Of a stretch of 37,286 nt of DNA, positions 1 through 7,153 are shown piece by piece. Within the stretch, counting starts at the first letter, position 1; each line of letters begins with the position of its first letter. The notes beneath the pieces were generated by a model, which was not told the DNA's origin, did not search any database, and worked only from the letters and a program-made list of their open reading frames with translations. Made by a program: the position numbers and the translations under genes. The DNA is taken from IMG/VR virus record IMGVR_UViG_3300028588_000054, positions 1-37,286 of that record. The stretch is one strand, 5' to 3'. Source of the DNA: a virus (Duplodnaviria; Caudoviricetes).

Positions 1-124
1 TAACTCGCTGGTACACAGGGTGCACATCCCCGTTGTGCCGGTTAAATTAAATGATAGTGCTAAGTATGTAGAACTGTCTGTAGAGTGCTTGCGGACGAGG
101 GTTCGATTCCCTCCGCCTCCACCA
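1..124 (+). ncRNA. ssrA: tmRNA, 3' portion (truncated by window start)
   Basis: Ends in a T-arm and acceptor strand, GGACGAGGGTTCGATTCCCTCCGCCTCCACCA. It is preceded by TAAGTATGTAGAACTG-type sequence typical of betaproteobacterial tmRNA, with no anticodon/D-arm of a standard tRNA upstream. Confidence 0.85.
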
Positions 125-127
125 GTA
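93..127 (+). repeat. attL core (35-bp direct repeat)
   Basis: GGACGAGGGTTCGATTCCCTCCGCCTCCACCAGTA, identical to 37179-37213. Confidence 0.95.
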
Positions 128-137
128 CACTGTTAGA

Positions 138-160
138 AATCAAGCACTTACGTGCTTGAT
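138..160. promoter_or_regulatory. IHF-consensus site within a 9-bp inverted repeat in the attL arm
   Basis: AATCAAGCACTTA (138-150) matches WATCAANNNNTTR. ATCAAGCAC-TTAC-GTGCTTGAT forms a palindrome. Confidence 0.55.
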
Positions 161-201
161 GGAGTCATAAGTTGGGGTTGTTTGGGGCTGAATTAGCCCC
201 G

Positions 202-222
202 CAATGACAACAGAATGACAGC
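202..222 (+). promoter_or_regulatory. Putative integrase arm-type binding sites (tandem, 11-bp period)
   Basis: CAATGACAAC (202-211) and GAATGACAGC (213-222). The second 10-mer recurs exactly at 37126-37135 next to attR. Confidence 0.6.
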
Positions 223-226
223 ATGA

Positions 227-1417
227 TCAGGGCGCCCCGAGTAACTTCGCGGCGCCCTTTTTCTTTCCGTACACTTCTTCGGCGCGGGCGCCGGCATTCT
301 GGTCGGCGTCCGGCATCCACCGGCCGTAGCGCCGGATGATCATAGACCAGTCCGCATGCCCCATCTGCTGCGCGACCCACATCGGGTGCTCGCCAGATGA
401 CAGCATCATACTCGCATATGTATGGCGAGTTTGATAAGGGTAGCGATAGCGCACCTTTGCCCGCTTCAGGGCCCATTGCCACAGCGTCTTGCGGATCGGC
501 TGGTCGCCGATCCAGCGCTCCAGGGTACGCGGGTTCTGGAACACTTCTTCCCCCTTGAGGTATGTGTGGGCTTTCTGCGCCACCAGCGCCTCGGTCGCCA
601 TCGCCAACAATTTCACGTCGCGCCGCCCGGCATCCGTCTTCGGGACCTCCGGACCCTCGGAAAACTGGGTCTGCGCCTTCGACACGCGCACCGTGCCGCG
701 CAGAAAATCGATATCGTTCCAGTCGAGTGCCACCAGCTCGGACGTGCGCAGCCCGGTCCAGAAGGCGAACTGGATCAGGTTGCGCCCCTGCCCTTCCAAC
801 GCCGCCAGGATGGCCGACTGCTCGACGCGGTCGAACGGGTCGATTTCGTCTTCAGCCACCTGGACCACCTTTTTCTTCTTGTAGGTGTATCCGGACAGCG
901 GGTTGACCTCGATCAGCTCGGCGTCGACGGCGGCCTCGAGCGCAGCGCGCATCACGCTCTGGATATTGCTGAGCGTCTTATTGCCGGCCGGGTACCCGAT
1001 CAGTTTGTCACGCATGTGCTTGCGCTTGAATTCCGACAGAGGCATCTTGCCGAACCACGGGTCGAGCTTGCCCATCACGATCTTGCGGTAGGTCTCGTAG
1101 CTGCTGGACTTACGCTCGATCTTTTGCTCGTCCAGCCATTTGTCCAGCCAGTCGCCGATGAGCATCCGCTCGCCCGGTTCCGCCTCCGCTTCCTGGAAGC
1201 GGGCCGCGATCTTCGATTCCGGGAACGAGCCCCGGTAATCGAAGGTGCCGGCAGCGATCGCGTGCAGGATCGCCGCGCGGTGCTGCGCCGCCCGATTCAG
1301 GTTAGCGGCGGTGGGCTTGAGGGGGACCCTTTCCCGACACCGGACGCCCTTATACATAAAGCTGATTTCGATACTGCTTTCCGACGCAGCTTTAACACCC
1401 CGCCCGTCTCTACCCAT
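227..1417 (-). CDS. int: Phage integrase (tyrosine recombinase with N-terminal arm-binding domain)
   Basis: Motifs TGLRTSEL, PKT, YQTRHTYAS, QMGH, RRYG. Lies next to attL. Confidence 0.95.
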   Translation of the reverse strand: MGRDGRGVKAASESSIEISFMYKGVRCRERVPLKPTAANLNRAAQHRAAILHAIAAGTFDYRGSFPESKIAARFQEAEAEPGERMLIGDWLDKWLDEQKIERKSSSYETYRKIVMGKLDPWFGKMPLSEFKRKHMRDKLIGYPAGNKTLSNIQSVMRAALEAAVDAELIEVNPLSGYTYKKKKVVQVAEDEIDPFDRVEQSAILAALEGQGRNLIQFAFWTGLRTSELVALDWNDIDFLRGTVRVSKAQTQFSEGPEVPKTDAGRRDVKLLAMATEALVAQKAHTYLKGEEVFQNPRTLERWIGDQPIRKTLWQWALKRAKVRYRYPYQTRHTYASMMLSSGEHPMWVAQQMGHADWSMIIRRYGRWMPDADQNAGARAEEVYGKKKGAAKLLGAP

Positions 1418-1575
1418 TTCTCATACCCTTCTGTACTGATCAGGATCCGGCCATCGGGGGCCTTGATCCATATTTTGCTTTCCGGCCAGATGCCGTCGCG
1501 GATCTTGGTCCGGATGGCGTCTTCGGTATAGCCGGACTCGGCCGAAAATTTCGGAATTGTCACATAGCGCAGCAT
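1297..1575 (-). CDS. xis: Excisionase
   Basis: Small basic wHTH-like protein (YVTIPKFSAESGYTEDAIRTKIRDGIW...APDGRILI) overlapping the int 5' end. RBS GGAGG. Confidence 0.8.
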   Translation of the reverse strand: MLRYVTIPKFSAESGYTEDAIRTKIRDGIWPESKIWIKAPDGRILISTEGYEKWVETGGVLKLRRKAVSKSALCIRASGVGKGSPSSPPPLT

Positions 1576-1596
1576 TTCACCTCCCTATTCCATCCG

Positions 1597-1941
1597 TCAG
1601 CGAAAGCCGGCCGGATCCGCGCCCGGCAGCGCCGACGCATTCCGCCAACCTTCCAGCCGCATGGCCACCTGCTCGATCGTGACGTCGCCCATCAAGAATT
1701 CCTGCATCATCTGGCGGAAGCGCGAGTCGTCCGCCAAGCTGCTGGTGCTGGCGCCGACCTGGTCGATCTCCAGCAACTTGGCCACCGTCGCGGCCGTGCC
1801 CACCGTCACGTAGCGCTGCGGCGCCGTGCCCGGGATCGGAATTACCGCGCTATCGGTCCCCTCATACCTCATCAGCTCCAGCGCCGTGGCGAGCAGGCGG
1901 ATTCGCTTCGCCTCCCGGAGCGCTTCAATCATTTCGTTCAC
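1597..1941 (-). CDS. Hypothetical protein (early left operon)
   Basis: 114-aa ORF with a 4-nt overlap to the upstream gene. Confidence 0.6.
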   Translation of the reverse strand: MNEMIEALREAKRIRLLATALELMRYEGTDSAVIPIPGTAPQRYVTVGTAATVAKLLEIDQVGASTSSLADDSRFRQMMQEFLMGDVTIEQVAMRLEGWRNASALPGADPAGFR

Positions 1942-2207
1942 GATCCAATTTCCTTTTCATCTGCGGCCATGGCCTGGCGCAAGTAGCCGGCCTTGCGGTA
2001 TCCGGACAAGAGCGACTCAATCTCCGGAGAAAATTCGCCGCTCGACTGCCCTGTCGCTCGCGGGTCACGCCGTGGCGCAAGGCGGGCGCGCAGTTCAGCA
2101 ATCTCTGCCTCCATCGCGCGCTCCACATCAGTCGGCGCGTGCAGCGGGAAGTCCGCGCCCACGCCGATCCGTTCGCGCCAGGTCCTGATCCTGTTTTTAT
2201 TCGCCAT
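1938..2207 (-). CDS. Hypothetical phage protein (MANKNRIRTWRERIG...)
   Basis: ATG at 2207 with AAGGA RBS, coiled-coil segment, tightly packed in the operon. Confidence 0.6.
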   Translation of the reverse strand: MANKNRIRTWRERIGVGADFPLHAPTDVERAMEAEIAELRARLAPRRDPRATGQSSGEFSPEIESLLSGYRKAGYLRQAMAADEKEIGS

Positions 2208-2397
2208 GCCGTTCCTTTGCCCTTCCGGGCGTCCTATTCGATTTGTATTCCAGCTGCAGCTTGTCCTCGGCGCGCCGGCGCAGCGCCTGCTGCAGCTCCA
2301 GGTCAAGGCGCATGATCGTCACCTGCTCGAACAGCGCTCGAGCCATCTGCTCGTCGCTGCCGTACATGGCGCGGGTCTGTTCGAAGGTTGCGCTCAT
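2197..2397 (-). CDS. Hypothetical coiled-coil protein
   Basis: 66-aa ORF with an ATGA overlap to the upstream gene. Confidence 0.55.
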   Translation of the reverse strand: MSATFEQTRAMYGSDEQMARALFEQVTIMRLDLELQQALRRRAEDKLQLEYKSNRTPGRAKERHGE

Positions 2398-3623
2398 AAT
2401 TCAGCTTCCGAAAATAGGCGCGGCTGTACTGCGCCGTTCTGGTAGACGGTGTCCATGATCGTAGTTGCGATCGGCTCGTCGCCCTCCCAGCCCTGCGGCC
2501 AGGTGCCGGCCGCGATCAGCTCGCGGATCCGCGCCTCTTCTTCGCCATTGATTAAGTCGATCTCAGGGCGCCCCAGCGCCCGCGCCGCAGCGTTGATCTT
2601 GGTCTGGATCGTCAGCACCCGGTCGAGGCCCATCTGGCGCGCCTCCAGCGTGATCGGCCCCATGCGTTGCGGGTTCTTGGCGATGCTGCCGTCCTTCAGT
2701 AGCTCGGCGCCCGCCTTCCGCAGGCGGTGCTGTGGCTCGCGCAGTTCGCGCCACAACGGTCGCAGGCCCTTGAGCGGCGCCAGGTAGCTCCAGGCCGGCA
2801 GAAGCAACACGCTATCGAGCGCCTTGTCCTCCTGGGCCAGCGCACAGCCGATGCAGCCGGTGCGGGCGTTGATCTCCTCGGCCTCGTCGCCGCCGTACGC
2901 GTCCGCGATCATGGCGGTCGACCAGTCGCCAAATTCGACCGCCGGCGCCCAATGCTTCAGCCATTCCCATACGTGGCAAACGCGCCAGTGCAACAGCGGC
3001 GCCAGGGTGGCCAGTCGGCCACGCAGGCCCTTCGCGTTCGGCAGGACCTGCTGATACCAGCCCTGGCCGCACTCGGCCCCATCCTTTCCGCAGCTCATCT
3101 CGATGCGGCGGTCGCGGATCGCGCTCTCTCCCTGGCGCACGCCGGTGATCATCAGGATCTGGCCATCCAATTGGTCGAGGCGGTCACGCAGCGCCTGCTC
3201 CATCGGGTCGATCTTGATCTGGCGCGTGCACCACCGTAGAGTGTTGTTGTTCGGCGGCGGCACGCCGCGGCCCAGGATGTAGACCATGAAGCGCTTGTCC
3301 ATCGGTGCAGTCACCACCTCGACGCGGATACCGCGCTCTTCTAGTTCGTCCATGATGTGGCGCGCGGCGATCGCCAGCGGCGGCAGCTCCTGGCGCGTAT
3401 CGGCGTAGAACACCGTCAGCGTCTTCGGACGCCGAATCTTGCCGGTGTCCAGCAGGTACATGATCAGGGTCAGCGTGGCCGAGCTGTCCTTGCCGCCCGA
3501 CCAGGCGATACCCCAGTGATCATGGTCGGCGCCGTAGGCCTGCAGCGATTGGATCGTCAGCTCGATCGATTCTGTCATCTGCAGGCGGCGCGCGCTGGCG
3601 CCGAAGATGTCGATTTGGCTCAT
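2394..3623 (-). CDS. PAPS-reductase family / DndC-like PP-loop Fe-S protein
   Basis: SGGKDS PP-loop, ADTRQE, LGRGVPPP..LRWCT..IKIDP, TGVRQGES..R, RTGCIGC. Confidence 0.85.
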   Translation of the reverse strand: MSQIDIFGASARRLQMTESIELTIQSLQAYGADHDHWGIAWSGGKDSSATLTLIMYLLDTGKIRRPKTLTVFYADTRQELPPLAIAARHIMDELEERGIRVEVVTAPMDKRFMVYILGRGVPPPNNNTLRWCTRQIKIDPMEQALRDRLDQLDGQILMITGVRQGESAIRDRRIEMSCGKDGAECGQGWYQQVLPNAKGLRGRLATLAPLLHWRVCHVWEWLKHWAPAVEFGDWSTAMIADAYGGDEAEEINARTGCIGCALAQEDKALDSVLLLPAWSYLAPLKGLRPLWRELREPQHRLRKAGAELLKDGSIAKNPQRMGPITLEARQMGLDRVLTIQTKINAAARALGRPEIDLINGEEEARIRELIAAGTWPQGWEGDEPIATTIMDTVYQNGAVQPRLFSEAEL

Positions 3624-3880
3624 GCCGTTGCTCCCTTCTGCGGCCCGTCCGCCAATATCTCGATTTCTGAACTATCGATGCCACCGGAAATACCGCTCAG
3701 GTAGACGGTCATGGTCTGCTCGCCACCATCCCGATACAGCGTCAGGGTGTGGATGAACTTCTTGACGCCGCCATACAGCACTGGCCTGCAGCAGTGGGCC
3801 GATTTCAGCAGCAGCAGGTGGTGCTTATAGACTTCCGGATCGAGCGGCTCGGATTGGTCGCCCGTTACGAGAATCGACAT
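3620..3880 (-). CDS. Hypothetical protein (MSILVTGDQSEP...)
   Basis: ATG at 3880 with GGAG RBS. Overlaps the RT stop and has an ATGA overlap with the DndC-like gene. Confidence 0.6.
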   Translation of the reverse strand: MSILVTGDQSEPLDPEVYKHHLLLLKSAHCCRPVLYGGVKKFIHTLTLYRDGGEQTMTVYLSGISGGIDSSEIEILADGPQKGATA

Positions 3881-5274
3881 GTTGTTCTCCGGTAGGTTTT
3901 GGTGAAGGCCTGGTTGACGCAGTGCCCGCGGCGCAGCACCGCGCGCGCCAAGTGCGCCCGATCGGCATGGCTGCTGTCCGCCTGGCGCAGCAGCCCGAAG
4001 TAGCTGTTGGCCACCTGGTGCACGTCGACCAGGTCCGCAGTGCGGATCCGCTCGACGGCCTGGCCCACAGTGCGCCGGCGCGTCCTGGTGTGCCAGGGCT
4101 TGATCACGTGGCCGACGAAGTCCACGCCCCGCGCCACTGGCTGCAGGATGGTCTTCGCCGGATTCAGGCGCGCGCCCAGCGTCGCCGGCAGGAAGGCGTC
4201 GATCCCGGCCAGTGCCGCATTCAGCCACTGGGGCGATTCGTGCAGCAGGATGAAGTCGTCGACGTAGCGCACGTAGTGGCGCGCACGTACCTGGTGCTTG
4301 GCGAACTGGTCGAGCGCGTTCAGGTAGATGTTGGCGAAGAACTGGCTGGACAGGTTCCCGATCGGCAGGCCCAGGTGGTCGGGCTGGCTGGCCAGGCGCT
4401 TGTGCGGCGGCACGCGCTCGAGCAGCTGCGGGTCGCCGCGCAACTCGAAGTCCAGGCGCGGATCGTGGAACAGGATCACGCCGGCGAGCCACAGCCACCA
4501 CGGTTCGGTGACGCGCGCGGCGATCTGCGTCCACAGCACGGATTTATCGATCGTCACGAAAAAGTTTGCGAGGTCGCACTTCAGGTACCACAACGGCCGG
4601 CTCCAGTTCTCGGATGCGCTACGGATCTTCGCCTCGAGGCGCCACGCCGCGTACAGCGTGCCGCGGCCCGGGATGCAGGCGCAGGTGTCGCTGATGAACG
4701 AGCGGTAGAAGCGCGGCGCGATGCGGTTGTACAGCAGGTGGTGCACGATCCGGTCGCGGAAGTCGGCCGCCCAGACTTCGCGCGCCTTCGGGCGCGTGAC
4801 GACGAAGCAGATCGACTGGCCGGGCCAGTAGGTGCCGTCCAGCAGCTCGTCGCGCAGGCGCGCCAGGTTGCGTTCCTGGTCCTGCTCGAAGGCGGCGGCG
4901 CTGGCCGAATTGCGTTTGGTCTTGCGGCAATCGAGGTAAGCCCGCACCAGGTCCTCGAAAGAAAAGTCAGCATGGTGGCGACCGGGATAATCTGCGGACC
5001 GCGCGGGCGCGGAGCTCGGCCGACTTGTTGTTGTTGTTCTGGTTGCCGTTGTTGAAGTTCTGGTTCCAGGCATAGTCATCGTTGGCAGCGTGCTGCGGTT
5101 ATTCGTGCTATCTACGTCGCCCCGCCGAAGGCCGCGGTGGCCGATCAGCAGGGAAACTGCGCCAGACCTGCCCGAACTATGTCGGGTGGTATCTGCGGTG
5201 CGCATGGCGGTGGCCTTTTGGGCCAGCGGCACGACCAGATTAAAAGTTCGCACAGTCATGGTGGCCGTGACCAT
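3865..5274 (-). CDS. DGR reverse transcriptase (start uncertain: 5274 coupled to avd; alternatives 5307, 5079, 5073)
   Basis: PKAREVWAADFRDRIVHH, KCDLANFF, GLPIGNLSSQFFAN (DGR-type GxxxSQ), YVRYVDDF, GVDFVG. Adjacent to TR and avd. Confidence 0.95.
   Translation of the reverse strand: MVTATMTVRTFNLVVPLAQKATAMRTADTTRHSSGRSGAVSLLIGHRGLRRGDVDSTNNRSTLPTMTMPGTRTSTTATRTTTTSRPSSAPARSADYPGRHHADFSFEDLVRAYLDCRKTKRNSASAAAFEQDQERNLARLRDELLDGTYWPGQSICFVVTRPKAREVWAADFRDRIVHHLLYNRIAPRFYRSFISDTCACIPGRGTLYAAWRLEAKIRSASENWSRPLWYLKCDLANFFVTIDKSVLWTQIAARVTEPWWLWLAGVILFHDPRLDFELRGDPQLLERVPPHKRLASQPDHLGLPIGNLSSQFFANIYLNALDQFAKHQVRARHYVRYVDDFILLHESPQWLNAALAGIDAFLPATLGARLNPAKTILQPVARGVDFVGHVIKPWHTRTRRRTVGQAVERIRTADLVDVHQVANSYFGLLRQADSSHADRAHLARAVLRRGHCVNQAFTKTYRRTTCRFS
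4988..5097 (-). repeat. DGR template repeat (TR)
   Basis: ~109 bp. In the target frame it reads QHAANDDYAWNQNFNNGNQNNNNKSAELRARAVRRL with 10 AAC codons, and it differs from both VRs only at adenines. Confidence 0.97.
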
Positions 5275-5627
5275 CACGAAGCGGGCGACGTTGCGGAGCG
5301 GCGCCATCCACTGGCCTGCTTGCCGATGCTGGTGGTCAGCTCGACCGCCCGGGCGTACTGCTTGACCGCGATCAGGCGCTTGTCGCGCGAGAGCCGCAGC
5401 AGCAGTTCCGCCACCTGCAGGCGCTCGATAAGCCCCTGCAGGTGCGGTGCCTTCTCCCGCGCCGTGTTGGCGCGGAATACCAGGACCGTGATCTCGACGA
5501 CTTCGTCGCGAATCTTCCCGCCGAGCGATGCCTTGAAATCGCGGGGCATGTTCTTGGCGAGGTCGGTGACGACGTCGAGGAGGTCATAGGCGGCCCTGTA
5601 GATCGGCAGCTGGGTGTGGAGTGCCAT
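5274..5627 (-). CDS. avd: DGR accessory variability determinant (Avd, four-helix bundle)
   Basis: 117-aa basic helical protein, LPIY..AYDL...MPRDFK.SLG...LLRLSRDKRLI....Y.......IGKQASGW, immediately upstream of the TR. Confidence 0.92.
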   Translation of the reverse strand: MALHTQLPIYRAAYDLLDVVTDLAKNMPRDFKASLGGKIRDEVVEITVLVFRANTAREKAPHLQGLIERLQVAELLLRLSRDKRLIAVKQYARAVELTTSIGKQASGWRRSATSPAS

Positions 5628-5644
5628 GCTGATAAAAAGCTAAA

Positions 5645-6124
5645 TTACTGAATGGTTAATCTGCGGACCGCGCGGGCGCGGAGCTCGGCCGACTTGATGT
5701 CGCTGTTCTGGTCGCCGTAGCCGAAGTCCTGGAGCCAGGCATAGTCATCGATGGCAGCGTGCTGCTCGCTGGACCAGTAGTAGCGCTCTTCGAACTGGCC
5801 CTTCAGATTCGCGAACAGCAGCGACTGCTCGCGCCGCGTCGGCAGCTCGCCGCCGGCTTTGGCGGCGAATTCCTTCGCCTTCGACCAGGTGACGTCGTCG
5901 ACGTCGCCGGGCAGCAGGATCAGGTGGTGCGACGGCGTGCCGTCTTCGTCCAGGACGATCCCGGCGTAGTGCTCGTCCGGGCGCAGCTCGATCTCGGTTT
6001 CCGCGATGCGCACGGCGCGCAGCGGCTGGGCCTTGAACGCCGCGATCATGTCGGTCAGCTCCTGGAACTCGCTGCCCAGTTTCTGGTGCGCGGCCTCGAT
6101 GGCCGCGAGGGTGGTAGGGGTCAT
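5645..6124 (-). CDS. DGR target protein 1 (DUF1566/Lcl-like CLec fold, C-terminal VR)
   Basis: W..A..FA...GGELPTRRE..LL, YWSS, AW...F..G......K.....RAVRR. No signal peptide. Confidence 0.9.
   Translation of the reverse strand: MTPTTLAAIEAAHQKLGSEFQELTDMIAAFKAQPLRAVRIAETEIELRPDEHYAGIVLDEDGTPSHHLILLPGDVDDVTWSKAKEFAAKAGGELPTRREQSLLFANLKGQFEERYYWSSEQHAAIDDYAWLQDFGYGDQNSDIKSAELRARAVRRLTIQ
5657..5765 (-). repeat. DGR variable repeat VR1
   Basis: 109-bp ungapped match to TR 4988-5096 with 11 mismatches, all at TR adenines. Confidence 0.97.
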
Positions 6125-6151
6125 GCTCGACTCCGAAAAATAGATGAAGGG

Positions 6152-6781
6152 TTAAATTGCGAATCTGCGGACCGCGCGGGCGCGGAGCTCGGCCGACTTG
6201 CCGTAGTAGCCCTGGTTGCCGTCGTCGAAGCCCTGGCCCCAGGCACAGTCATCGTAGGCAGCGTGCTGCGTGCTCGACCAGTACCATTCCGCCTCGAAGG
6301 CCTGCTCGCCGCCTTCGACGAAGCCCTCGACGGTGGTCTGCGCCGGCAGGTCGCGGCTGTAGGCGACGGTCGGCGGCACGGCCGACGCGTTCACGCCGTT
6401 GCGGCCGTACAGGTAGTTGGCGCGCTTCGTCGGCTTCAGGTTGCGGTACAGGATCTCGAGCTCGTCCTGGCTTGGGATGTACCAGTCGGTGTAGCCGTCG
6501 ATCTCCAGGCCCTGGGCCCAGGCGGCCAGATCGCTGCCGGCCGCGGCCATGGCCATCGTGTTTGCACGGCCGTCGCTGTAGCTGTCGGCGCTGACGACTC
6601 GCTCTTCCGAACCGAGCCAGGCGATGTCATCGCGCTCGCCCAGGGCTCTCGGGGCAACGACCAGGGCGTACGGCACGCCGCCCAGCATGATGCGGCCGGC
6701 CAAGAAGCCGCCGCCGATCTTGTCGCCGATATCGCCAGGCAGGGTGTCGGCCGCAGGTTGAATTTGCTGTTGCATGTCCAT
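6152..6781 (-). CDS. DGR target protein 2 (DUF1566/Lcl-like CLec fold, C-terminal VR); frame is open upstream to 7153/7156
   Basis: IGGGFLAG, DGRANT, GYTDWYIPSQDEL, WYWSSTQ, RARAVRR. ATG 6781 has a GAGGAG RBS. Confidence 0.88.
   Translation of the reverse strand: MDMQQQIQPAADTLPGDIGDKIGGGFLAGRIMLGGVPYALVVAPRALGERDDIAWLGSEERVVSADSYSDGRANTMAMAAAGSDLAAWAQGLEIDGYTDWYIPSQDELEILYRNLKPTKRANYLYGRNGVNASAVPPTVAYSRDLPAQTTVEGFVEGGEQAFEAEWYWSSTQHAAYDDCAWGQGFDDGNQGYYGKSAELRARAVRRFAI
6162..6270 (-). repeat. DGR variable repeat VR2
   Basis: 109-bp ungapped match to TR 4989-5097 with 14 mismatches, all at TR adenines. Confidence 0.97.
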
Positions 6782-7153
6782 CGTTTCTCCTCGTTGTGGT
6801 TGGTAGGCACCGGGGTGCCCGATTTCCGAAAGCCGGAAGCGGCTTCCGCTTTGCCCGACTGGGCAATATTCAAGATGCGACTCGTCCGGCAGCACCGCGC
6901 AGCCTGGGCAGCGGCCGTCGCGCCCCGGGCAGGCGCCGGCATGCGGCTCGCCCGGTTCGGCGCAGCAGCCCGGGCAGGCCAGGTCGACGGCCGGCAGCTG
7001 CTCGGCCAGCTGGCCGATAGCGCGCTCGGTGTCGATGCACAGCAGGCACAGGTGCGCGTGGTGCAGCTCGATCCGCTGGTGGTCGTCCTGCAGGCGGCGC
7101 AGCAGGCGGTGCAGGCTGACCAGGGCTTCGGGCGAGAATTTGGCGTTGTCCAT
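6782..7153 (-). CDS. Cys/His-rich coding region in frame with target 2 (N-terminal extension, or a gene that lost its stop)
   Basis: ATG 7153 overlaps the upstream stop (TGATG). Two CPGC-x7-H-x3-CP repeats and no stop before 6781. Confidence 0.55.

Larger units (their letters stand above)
3865..6781 (-). mobile_element. Diversity-generating retroelement cassette: target2(VR2)-target1(VR1)-avd-TR-RT
   Basis: All canonical components are present, with adenine-specific TR/VR mismatches. Confidence 0.95.

Noticed and set aside
2394-3623. Complete Dnd/Ssp phosphorothioation system or sulfate-assimilation module
   Set aside because: No partner genes in the window; only the single enzyme can be supported.
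4581-4973. 130-aa ORF starting at ATG 4973 as an independent gene
   Set aside because: It lies out of frame inside the RT and has low-complexity shadow composition. Kept only as a possible frameshift entry point.
5020-5060. (TTG)n run as a microsatellite or CRISPR-like repeat
   Set aside because: These are the AAC codons of the DGR TR. The three ~109-bp copies are TR/VR, with no repeat-spacer periodicity and no cas genes.
3865-5274. RT as a group II intron, retron or Abi RT
   Set aside because: It has the GxxxSQ motif and adjacent avd and TR/VR, and lacks a maturase/endonuclease extension or a retron VTG motif.
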